Assembly (NCBI GenBank): GCA_963667625.1
Contig: OY763921.1
Span: 1,132,359-1,196,358, forward strand
Source: Thermodesulfobacteriota bacterium
GTDB lineage: Bacteria > Desulfobacterota_D > UBA1144 > Nemesobacterales > Nemesobacteraceae
Direction: 5' to 3'
Length of the DNA stretch: 64,000 bases
A model generated the notes under the pieces. That model ran no database searches. It was not told where the DNA came from and worked only from the letters and a program-made list of their open reading frames with translations. Positions 41,422-50,600 of this stretch are shown here, piece by piece; position 1 is the first letter of the stretch; each line of letters starts with the position of its first letter. The position numbers and the translations under genes were made by a program.

Positions 41422-42387
41422 TCATACTGAAAATGACGGTCCGAATATTTTTTGCCAGTAATAAACGGTTTCTCCCTTAGTCGGTGCGGCGAGTGCCGCG
41501 TCTATAGCGTCTCCCGCATCCAGAGCGGCATCAAAAATCGCGTTGGCCTGGATATCTGTATACAGATTGCCAACATTGTTGTCGGGGTTCACAGGGTCGA
41601 TAATCTGAACCGGTTCCGTTAGAGTTCCGACTTCATCTGGATTGTAGTAGTCGTCGAAAACAATGCGTTCACGCATCCGAGTTCTTCCTATATATGTAAA
41701 GAAATGCTGCAGAGCCTCGGGATAATCCGAAAAATCCAAGGCTGCATCGCAGAGGTGAGACAGTACCATCTCCACCATAAAGGATTTGAAGCGAAATCCT
41801 TCATGCTGCCTTTTCATGTTTCTTACCCAGAATTTTGCCAGTCGGACTACTTGCGCAAAATGTTTTTCCTGCGCTTGCTTGCGTCTGCGTATAAACTCCA
41901 GATGAAGCGGGATGCTGGTTTTGAGAAACGAACCGTCATCCTGATTGACCAAGTTTCCGTACCATTGAGGGTCTCCGTCGTAAAGAATCGGGACAACATC
42001 AATGTCCAGACCCGAACCGCTGAACGAAACTGTCACGCTGTAGGTTTGGGGTTTGATCTGTTCTTCGGTGAAATTGGGAAAAGCTTTGCGCAGACGCTCT
42101 ACAAGATATTCCAGCAGGTCCGAAACATCCTGTGGAGTATCTGCTCCGCTTATATAGCACGCCATGTCTATATCGTTCAGGGAGCGAAGCGCAGTACCTT
42201 TGGCCAAACTGCCGGAAAGCAAAATCTTTTTCAGGGAGAAATCGGGGTGTTCGTCCAGATAACTCTCCAACCGTTCGCGTAGTCTGCGCGCTTGAGCACG
42301 GTACTTGTTGGCCTTGTCTCTCGGCAGGTTTACTTTATCCTCAGCAAAGCGAACAATTTCTCCATGATCTATATGGTCACGAGACAT
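41422..42387 (-). CDS. cGAS/DncV-like nucleotidyltransferase (CD-NTase) of a type III CBASS
   Basis: 321 aa. GSLAKGTALRSLNDIDMA (GS motif plus DxD), LDIDVVPI (third acidic residue), RLAKFWVRN...FKSFMVEMV. Confidence 0.85.
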   Translation of the reverse strand: MSRDHIDHGEIVRFAEDKVNLPRDKANKYRAQARRLRERLESYLDEHPDFSLKKILLSGSLAKGTALRSLNDIDMACYISGADTPQDVSDLLEYLVERLRKAFPNFTEEQIKPQTYSVTVSFSGSGLDIDVVPILYDGDPQWYGNLVNQDDGSFLKTSIPLHLEFIRRRKQAQEKHFAQVVRLAKFWVRNMKRQHEGFRFKSFMVEMVLSHLCDAALDFSDYPEALQHFFTYIGRTRMRERIVFDDYYNPDEVGTLTEPVQIIDPVNPDNNVGNLYTDIQANAIFDAALDAGDAIDAALAAPTKGETVYYWQKIFGPSFSV

Positions 42388-42464
42388 TTCAGTTCTCCTC
42401 TTACAGAAAATCTATATATTGTTGTAGGGATTTTTCTTCCCACCACCCAATGGGTATAAATATA

Positions 42465-43544
42465 CGTGCTTTCAAGTTTGAAACGCAACAGGTGGATCAG
42501 CACCGAAGAGTACCTGATTCGGGGTTTTGAAGCCAAGGCATTGCCTCGGTCTGTTGTTCAATTTGTCCATAACTCTGTCTACATCTTCCTGGGTCAGTTT
42601 CCCGAAGTCCATTCCCTTTGGGAAGTACTGCCTTATAAGTCCGTTTGCGTTTTCACAGGACCCCCGCTCCCACGAGTGGTAAGGATGGGCGAAGTACCAC
42701 CGCGCCGAGAGCTCGCTTGATAGTTCCTCATGCAACGCGAACTCCTTTCCGTTATCGCACGTCACAGTCTCGAAGCGCTTGCGCATGGGTGTCGCCGCCT
42801 CGAGTATGGCCCGGGAGACGGAGGAAGCTTTTTTGTCCTCAGAGACCAGAATCATGCAATAGCGGGACTTGCGCTCGGCGAGGGTTACGAGCACCTTGCC
42901 TTTTTTTCTTGAGCCAAGCACAGTGTCGGCTTCCCAGTCTCCTGAGCGCACACGCTTATCCACCACTTCGGGGCGCTGGTCTATACAGACACGGTTTTTT
43001 ATATGTCCCCTGCGCGAGGGCGCTCCGTAGCGCTTTCTGCGCTTCTTGCGGCAGCGAAGGTGCGTGTGGAGATCTCCTCCATTAATCTTGTCTTCCCTTA
43101 CGTGATTGTAGATGCTCTGGTGGCTTACGCTGAGTCTTTCGTTTCGGGCAAGCCAGCAGCTTATCTGCTGGGGACTCCAGTCTTCTCCGAGCAGCAGCTC
43201 CACGCGAATCCAGGTTTGTTGGGGGATACGGTTTCCACAACAATTGCGCCTGCCCTCCGCAAGCCTCTGAGCCTGCTTGGGACGGTAACCCCGTTTGCCG
43301 CGGTTGCGGTGAAGTTCCCTGCTTATGGTGGATTTGTGCACGCCCAGGTGCCTTGCGGTCTGGGTCTGGTTGTGCCCTGCTTTGCGCAGGATGTAAATCT
43401 GGTATCTTTGTTCCAGGGTAAGTTGCTTTGGTTTTCTCATTCAAACGCTCCTTTTGATTTGGTCGTTAAAAGAGGGTTGCGAAGATTATCGCAACTTGCC
43501 CTTTTAATTTACATCAAAAGTTGCGTTTCAAACTTGAAAGCACG
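42465..43544. mobile_element. IS30-family insertion sequence (~1.08 kb) with 25-bp perfect terminal inverted repeats
   Basis: Left inverted repeat CGTGCTTTCAAGTTTGAAACGCAAC at 42465-42489. Its exact reverse complement GTTGCGTTTCAAACTTGAAAGCACG is at 43520-43544. A single transposase ORF lies between them. Confidence 0.85.
42472..43440 (-). CDS. IS30-family transposase
   Basis: 322 aa with an N-terminal HTH (LTLEQRYQIYILRKAGHNQTQTARHLGVHKSTISRELHRN) and a DDE core (WEADTV...D...E). Confidence 0.9.
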   Translation of the reverse strand: MRKPKQLTLEQRYQIYILRKAGHNQTQTARHLGVHKSTISRELHRNRGKRGYRPKQAQRLAEGRRNCCGNRIPQQTWIRVELLLGEDWSPQQISCWLARNERLSVSHQSIYNHVREDKINGGDLHTHLRCRKKRRKRYGAPSRRGHIKNRVCIDQRPEVVDKRVRSGDWEADTVLGSRKKGKVLVTLAERKSRYCMILVSEDKKASSVSRAILEAATPMRKRFETVTCDNGKEFALHEELSSELSARWYFAHPYHSWERGSCENANGLIRQYFPKGMDFGKLTQEDVDRVMDKLNNRPRQCLGFKTPNQVLFGADPPVAFQT

Positions 43545-43940
43545 ATACGATCGATAGGAAAATTTTCAAGTTTATTTTCGCATACATTCATATGTACATT
43601 ACAGGAGACTTCGAGTTAAGTATGGGCAAGTGAAAGAATCGCGGCTCAAGCCCTGTTTGCAGGGGTAGTGCACTTTAAAGTCAACGGGCGAATGAATTGA
43701 TTTGTTGTAAAATCGGAAGTAATCTTAATGTGTTAAAGAAATACACTTAACCTGTTGTGTAAATTTCGAGATCCACTTCTTACGCAGCAATTACGACAAC
43801 CGTTCTTGGGGCAAGGAGAAATTTGAAGAGCATCATATCGTATCCCGCAATGAAAACTGCATCCACATGGACAGAACATTCGGAAATAAGCCGGCAATTC
43901 CGAAAATAATAATCACAAAAAGAAAAAACAGGACTTTCTT

Positions 43941-44480
43941 GTGAAAATATCAAACACAATCTCGAAAATCCTTATCGTCTTGCTTATAGCCCTGCTTGCC
44001 TATACGCTCTGGAGCGGGCTTTCGGGAAAGGGAAATGTCGAAACCCCTTCCCAGCTTGTGGGAAAAACCGCACCCGAGTTCGCGCTGCAGTCATTTAACG
44101 GCGAAGAGGTAAAGCTTTCTGATTTTCGGGGAAAGACAGTACTTGTGAATTTCTGGGCATCTTGGTGTCATCCCTGCAGAGAAGAAGCCCCGGAACTTGA
44201 GAGAGCTTACATGTCGCTTTCAGGAAAACAGGTGGAATTCATAGGAATAAACGTAATGGACAACAGGAAAAGCGCCGAGAAATACATAAAATCGTTCGGG
44301 GGAACCTTCATCAACGTTCATGACCCGGAAAACAGAGTGCATCTCGATTACGGAGTAGGAGGGGTTCCAGAAACCTTCTTCGTAGACCCCGACGGTATCA
44401 TAACCGGCAAGCACAGGGGACCGATTACGGAGAAAATGATCATGCGCTATGTCGAAAATGCGGCTTCCTCTCGAAATTAA
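43941..44480 (+). CDS. ccmG: Thiol:disulfide interchange protein CcmG/DsbE (cytochrome c maturation)
   Basis: N-terminal TM anchor, VNFWASWCHPCREEAP and GVGGVPETFFVD, the CcmG signature motifs. GTG start. Confidence 0.8.
   Translation: MKISNTISKILIVLLIALLAYTLWSGLSGKGNVETPSQLVGKTAPEFALQSFNGEEVKLSDFRGKTVLVNFWASWCHPCREEAPELERAYMSLSGKQVEFIGINVMDNRKSAEKYIKSFGGTFINVHDPENRVHLDYGVGGVPETFFVDPDGIITGKHRGPITEKMIMRYVENAASSRN
44470..44479. repeat. Left copy of an imperfect 9-10-bp direct repeat (CTCGAAATTA / CTCGAAAATT) flanking the 14.3-kb restriction-modification + helicase/DUF1998 island
   Basis: CTCGAAATTA at 44470-44479 (the 3' end of ccmG) and CTCGAAAATT at 58834-58843 (just upstream of ccmH). Confidence 0.35.
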
Positions 44481-44494
44481 CTTTTGACCAGATT

Positions 44495-45718
44495 TCATCT
44501 AAGACTGAGAGAACGAACATCTCTTATGAAACTCTCAAATGATTGCAAGTGAGGTCGAACGTTTTTAGGAAAAGAAGAAATTATTGGCGTAGGTACAACG
44601 AGTTGAACTTTGGCTTTTACCATTTCCGCGAATTGATTTTCAGACACGCCTTCTTGAAGGGTTAGCAAATGCTTGATTTTAATTCTGTCGGCTTCGTTAA
44701 GAATTTGACGCCATCTGTCTTTGCAGGTCGTTTTGACTGCCAGCATTTTCAGCCGATTAGATAAATGGCTCTTCGATTTATAAGCCTTTTCTGAAGGAAA
44801 AAGGAAATCAGGTCTTTTCCCTTTCTCCGATTCAGGTTGGTGAGTAAAGTCCTCATTTTCAATTAATCCTTCTTCCAGAAAAATACGCTTGGCATGTAAT
44901 TCAAGCGATCGACCTGAGCGCGCTTTCCTTCTCTGTAAAATTGACTGAGCCTTTAAAATGAAATCATCCAAATTTGCAAATCCCTTTTTAATGAAAGGAA
45001 GCTCAACAGCTTCTTCCACACTTCTAAAAACCTCGAATTCATATTGTCTTCTTTTAACGAGCCTAGAATCAGGCTTAATCCCAAGTGCACCTTTGATATC
45101 GATAGTTTTTTGAATGATTTCCATACCAGTTGGAAATTTCTCCAACCATTGTTCGGGGATTTCATCCGGGTATAGCCAACAAGAGCTTCTATCTGTTGGT
45201 CTTTGTTTTTCTACTTCATCCGAGGACCACACCTTTCCTGCTCCGGGTTCGACGGGGCCAATTCGGTTCTCAATAAAATCTTCTTCAGTTTCATGTCGAC
45301 AAACCCAGACATGGCAAGAGACAGCTTCTCTATTACTATCCAACTCAAAAGCAAAAACGCTCAAGGCTCCGGTACTCTCAGGATCAAGAAGAGGTGAATC
45401 CTGTCCTCCAAAATTTGTCAGTCGAGCTTCATCCCTACCTCTTTTAGGATTTCCATGAAATTTGTTGTTATACCATATTGCTCTAATTCTCCGACAATCA
45501 GTGTGAGAATCCACATACAAATCAAACCAGAGATCAGGGTTTTTTATTTCCTTTCTGTTCAGTAACGGGAAAATATCAAACAAAAAGTCTTTTGGAATAT
45601 AGGGTCCTGCCTGATGGGAACCATTAGCCAGAGTGTCATTTCCAGAAAGACGCTTTACATACCAGATGAAATCCGAGTTAGAAACCTCAGCTACCCAATC
45701 ACTCAACTCCATCTGCAT
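44495..45718 (-). CDS. Type IIE restriction endonuclease, EcoRII family (likely CCWGG-specific)
   Basis: 407 aa, alignable by eye along its length to EcoRII: YVKRLSGNDT..GSHQAG, IWVC..TEEDFIE, RMLAVKTTCKDRWRQILNEADRI, PDFLFPS. Confidence 0.9.
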   Translation of the reverse strand: MQMELSDWVAEVSNSDFIWYVKRLSGNDTLANGSHQAGPYIPKDFLFDIFPLLNRKEIKNPDLWFDLYVDSHTDCRRIRAIWYNNKFHGNPKRGRDEARLTNFGGQDSPLLDPESTGALSVFAFELDSNREAVSCHVWVCRHETEEDFIENRIGPVEPGAGKVWSSDEVEKQRPTDRSSCWLYPDEIPEQWLEKFPTGMEIIQKTIDIKGALGIKPDSRLVKRRQYEFEVFRSVEEAVELPFIKKGFANLDDFILKAQSILQRRKARSGRSLELHAKRIFLEEGLIENEDFTHQPESEKGKRPDFLFPSEKAYKSKSHLSNRLKMLAVKTTCKDRWRQILNEADRIKIKHLLTLQEGVSENQFAEMVKAKVQLVVPTPIISSFPKNVRPHLQSFESFIRDVRSLSLR

Positions 45719-46169
45719 CTTTACCCCTTATTTCGAAGAAAGGTGAGCGCCCTTTTAACCACGCAACACATTCATCAATAATTCTTTTTAAGTCTTTTTT
45801 GTGTTTGCCTTTTATAGCACACTCCCAAATAATTAAAACTCTCCAGCCTTTTTCAGATAACATTTGAATCGATTCTTCATCGTGGTATTTGTTTCGAGTT
45901 ATTTTCTGTTTCCAGAAATCAGGTCTGGTCTTAGGCCATTTAAATAAATGACAATTGTGGAGGTGCCAAAAACAACCATGTATAAAGACTACGGCCTTAA
46001 ACTTAGGAAAAACGATATCCGGCTTACCAGGAAGATCTCGGACGTGAAGCCTGTATCTGTATCCAAGTGCATGGATTGCCTTTCGAATAAAAAGTTCCGG
46101 TTTGGTGTTTTTACCTTTAATGCCGGACATCATCCGGCTTCTTTTCTCAGTCGATACTATATCAACCAA
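45699..46169 (-). CDS. vsr: Very-short-patch-repair endonuclease Vsr
   Basis: 156 aa with KPELFIRKAIHALGYRYRLH and FIHGCFWHLHNC. Overlaps the upstream C5-methyltransferase gene as dcm/vsr do in E. coli. Confidence 0.9.
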   Translation of the reverse strand: MVDIVSTEKRSRMMSGIKGKNTKPELFIRKAIHALGYRYRLHVRDLPGKPDIVFPKFKAVVFIHGCFWHLHNCHLFKWPKTRPDFWKQKITRNKYHDEESIQMLSEKGWRVLIIWECAIKGKHKKDLKRIIDECVAWLKGRSPFFEIRGKDADGVE

Positions 46170-47430
46170 CTGCTCTAAGTTCCCTTTGGTTGATTTGGAC
46201 TAATTGTTCTTCACTTTCAAGTATCCAAGGAACCATATGTCTTGCAATGGCCTCAACAACTGGAACAACAACTGCATTGCCAAACTGTTTGTAAGCTTGT
46301 ATATCAGAAACGGGGATAACAAACCGGCTTTCTGTGGGTTCATCAAATCCCATCAGTCGAGCACATTCCCTTGGAGTCAATCTACGAGGATTTCTTCTAC
46401 CATGTTGTTTTACCAGAATTTCGGAACCGTCTTTGTAATATCTTGCAGAAAGCGTTCTAGTAGTATCGTTATGGCCAACTAGACTGTAACCGAAGCCGTT
46501 ACCCTTTTTTCGATGCTTTTCTGCATAAGCCTGAAGATAATTCCAGAGTTTATCAGAAAGCGTATATTTAGGGAGAACCTTTCCTTCTCCATCAAGAAAC
46601 TTCCGGTTTTGCTCATTGAAAGTTTCAGAACCGTCTTCAGTATGAAGGATGTTGCCCAGCCTTGGAGTATCTATAGAATTAGGTTGGACAAAATTTTCAA
46701 AACTGAAATCGTTTTCTTCCAGAAAGCCAACTATGAAGATTCGTTCACGATGCTGTGGTACCCATGATTTAGCATCAATAACACGACAATGGACCTGGTA
46801 TCCCAATTCTTCTGTCAAAGTTCTATGGATAACCTTAAAAGTATTTCCTTTGTCATGACTAACCAAGTTTTTAACATTCTCAAGCAAGAACGTTTTTGGT
46901 TTGTGGTACTCAATGATTCGTGCTACATCAAAAAAGAGCGTGCCTTGTGCTTCGCATCGGAATCCGTGAGGACGATTGAGAGAATTTTTCTTTGATACTC
47001 CTGCAATGGAAAATGGTTGACACGGAAATCCAGCTAATAAGACATCATGCTTAGGAATGTCTTTAGCTTCTATTTGAGTGATGTCACCTACTACCTCATG
47101 GTCGCACAAATAATTGGCTTTATAGGTTTGTTGTGCATATTTGTCCCATTCACTAGTAAACACACATTTACCGCCAAGAGGTTCGAAGGCTCTCCTCAAA
47201 CCACCGATTCCAGCAAACAAATCAATAAATTTAAAGGCGGACTTTACAGGTGCATCATATGTTCTGGCAAGTTCCCTTAATACACGAATAGCTGCTTTTC
47301 TAGGTTTTGTTTCTCCTCGCTCCCATCGATACAAAGTCCTAGCAGAGAACCCTAATTCCTTGGCTAGTTCTTCGATTGACAATCCTGTTTTTTCTCTTAG
47401 GATTGAAAATTCATTGTTAGCATTCTGCAT
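46162..47430 (-). CDS. dcm: DNA cytosine-5 methyltransferase (Dcm/M.EcoRII-like) with N-terminal XRE-type HTH domain
   Basis: Motif I DLFAGIGG, motif IV GFPCQPFS, ENV motif. N-terminal LREKTGLSIEELAKELGFSARTLYRWERGE helix-turn-helix. Confidence 0.9.
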   Translation of the reverse strand: MQNANNEFSILREKTGLSIEELAKELGFSARTLYRWERGETKPRKAAIRVLRELARTYDAPVKSAFKFIDLFAGIGGLRRAFEPLGGKCVFTSEWDKYAQQTYKANYLCDHEVVGDITQIEAKDIPKHDVLLAGFPCQPFSIAGVSKKNSLNRPHGFRCEAQGTLFFDVARIIEYHKPKTFLLENVKNLVSHDKGNTFKVIHRTLTEELGYQVHCRVIDAKSWVPQHRERIFIVGFLEENDFSFENFVQPNSIDTPRLGNILHTEDGSETFNEQNRKFLDGEGKVLPKYTLSDKLWNYLQAYAEKHRKKGNGFGYSLVGHNDTTRTLSARYYKDGSEILVKQHGRRNPRRLTPRECARLMGFDEPTESRFVIPVSDIQAYKQFGNAVVVPVVEAIARHMVPWILESEEQLVQINQRELRAVG

Positions 47431-47631
47431 TTTCTATCCTAGAAGGGGAATTTCTCTGCCATTATGGCAAAATGATATCTTTTTTTCTTCCTAGTCACAA
47501 GAAAAACTTTCTATAGTAATATATGGGAATTGATAGACTTGATCGGAAGAATGCTCAAATTACTATATTCGGTTATTAAGAAGTGGACCATCAATTATAT
47601 ATGCTTTTAAAATACTTCAAGGTGATTCCAA

Positions 47632-50600
47632 ATGAATGAATCAGGAATACTCACCTATAAAGACAGAGAATCTTTACGACGAAGGATCAGGGAGTCTAAT
47701 TCAGACTCATCAATTTCAAATGAAAAACTGATCCTGCATCTGTCTTCTGTTCTACAAAACCAAGGGGTAGAAAGTGAAGAGGAAAAAATATTTCAAGAAT
47801 ACACTTTTGATCTGATAAATGTTTTGAGGACAGCAGACAACAAAGAAGCATCTGAAATAGCCCAAGCAGTTTTAAATTTTATTGCAACAAATTTCCAAGC
47901 GGATGCTGAAGAACGATGGAAATTGCCAGCGAAACAAAGAGTTTATATCACGAGTGTAGCGATTAAAGAGATCTCGGAAATCATTAATTTGCCTAAAGCC
48001 AATGAAATACATGGATTAACTGTAAAAGAAAGGGCTGAAGCGGAAAAACTATTGTTAAGGTTTGCATCAGTTTCGGACAGTGTTGATTTAAAAAATCGCA
48101 ATCATGCCAAAAATTTTATTGAATTGTATGACAGGGAAAAACAATCCCGTTTAATGACTAGGTACTTAAAAAACATAAAACTTCTTGTTAGAGCTTTAGA
48201 GAGTGGTGATTTAAATACAGAGGACAGAGCATGGGCTAGGGGTGCTTTGAGTTATATCAGACTTAACAGAGATGTTATACCTGATGAGTATGGATTGATT
48301 GGGGTGCTTGATGATATGTACATTGCAAATTTGGCTGTTGGTCTTATTCGGCCAAGTGCACCACCGCTAACAGAACTAGTACTGGAATTCAGAAAAATTT
48401 GGCCGATTTTAAATGGACTGATTTTTTCTGAGGACAAGTCAGAGTATAGGTATACAGATATTGCATCCATTAATTCGGCGTTGGTCTGCATGCCATTGAG
48501 GGGTGAGAATCAATTACGAACAGCTCTTGTGCTTCCGTTTTCTGGGTGTACACCCAACATTATCGCAATTGCCGCTGTCTTTGGTGCAATATCTGTTCTA
48601 GCTAAAAAGGTGAAAGATGGTCCCGATTTCAAGATTGGAGACTTGGTTCGGGTTGATAATACAGCTGTCGCAACATATGGCGGAATATATGTATTTGAAG
48701 GGAAAGAATATATACGGTTGAATCAAGTTACTAAAAAGGCCAGCGAGAAGCAACCGGAACAAACAGTGACGAATCTAATTCCGTTGCAAGACAGTGCAAG
48801 ACTATGCCCGGCGAAGGCAGGATCCAAAACGCAAGGTGAAATTCAAACGTACTTGAAGAGTACAGAAAGAGAGCTTTCGGCAATTGAAAATCTTTTACAT
48901 TTGCCTCATCCACTTCAGTTTCACAGTATTGATTCTCATATATGGTTAATCTCATCTGCTGACAGAATGCGTTCTTTAGCAAAAGACTTAAGGGTCCACG
49001 GCCAGCGCCTTATTGATGTTTTCCCGATGGGACATATTAAAAGGGATGGAACTTGTGAAGCTTGGAGTGCAAGATTTGGAGAATCCGAATGTGTTCTGAT
49101 AACCGTAACTGATCTAGATTTAGCAGCAGAAATTTTGGAAGAAACAGAAGGAACAGATAGAGATTTGGTGATAGCTGATCTGTCAGGACCGAACAGGAAT
49201 CGTATCTCTTCCCTTGAAAGGGTTTTTGATCTTGATCTAAATGTCCTTTGTATTGCAGAAGAACGAGATGAGGGCTTAATTTCTATTGTCGAGCAATATA
49301 ATCCTGACATATGGGAGTGGAGCGGGGAGGAAGTAAGTGAGATAGGAAAATTCCCGCAATCTCAATCTGACAGCACCCACCCATTTTACAAAAATGACGG
49401 TCGTTTGATAAGAGCGATTTCAGGAAATACCTCTACCAGAGCAGTTCAACTTGAGTCTCTTGAGTGGTGCCATGCAACAATTTCAGCTGCGACCAAGAAG
49501 GTTCCCCTGGAAACTGAAGATAAGACTTTAGAATTTCATGAAATATACAGAAAATTGTTTTCGATATTCCTTCGATTGACGAGGATGCCTTTCCAGGTTG
49601 ATCCTGAGTGGTTTGGAAATGATGAGAAAGTTCTTTCCACCTTGAAAGAGCAACTGGTTTCCAGTGTTTTTATGACAGAGGAAGAGAAAAAATCTCTAAC
49701 TGATATAAGTATGCTTATACACAAGGCGGGTCAAGCTCTGGTTAATGCAAACCCTAAATGGACTGAGATGTATGAAATACTGAAATCAAATCCCAAAGCA
49801 AAAGTATTAATTCATAATCCCGCTGTTATCCCTGATGAACTTCAAAGTGAAAAAAAATATATTCTGATGAAAGAAGCGTGTTCGACAGCATGTGAAATTT
49901 TGATTGTGCCTTACTGGCCGGGGAAAGACAAAAGTTGGAAGTTGTTGACCGAAGCTGACGTTAAAGAAATAGTTTTTTTATTGTATCCCTATGAGGCTGA
50001 TTGGTATAAGAGTTTTGTTCGCCATAGAGAGTTATCACGACGTAGTAGAACCGAAAGACGCAATAGTCAGGCGATATTTCCAAAAGTTGGAACTTGGCCG
50101 AAAAAAACAGTAATGGAAAAACTGAGTGACAACTTGAGCCAAACCCCACATGAACTAGATCTTGTGGAGCTGAACAATAGCTACAGAAGAACCCGGATTA
50201 TCAAATCAATTGAATCAATGGAAAAAGATGTATCTGTTGAAACCCGTTTAGTTGGTTTTAGCGGAGGTGGGCATGCATTCTTGTCGTCAGGATATGAGGC
50301 TAGACTAGCCACTTACTTACTTGAAAGTGAAGCACATGCAAATACTGAAAATATTACTATAAGTTCTGCTGTGCTGGATAATCTTAATATAGGTGACGTG
50401 CTCATATTTCTAAAGGGGTCTGACAAAGATGCCATAAGAAAAATAGCGGATGAAAACTTACCTGAAGGGATGAGGAATTTGGCCAAGCTCTGGCAAACAG
50501 CACTTAAAGGTTATGTGGAAAAAGAAAAAGTGTCATTGGAAGAATTGGTATCGCTATTGTCTCAACAAGGCTGTAGAAAACATAGGGCAACGGTTAAGAA

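Noticed and set aside
41704-42282. 192-aa plus-strand ORF within the type III CD-NTase gene
   Set aside because: It is antisense to a CD-NTase with intact catalytic motifs.
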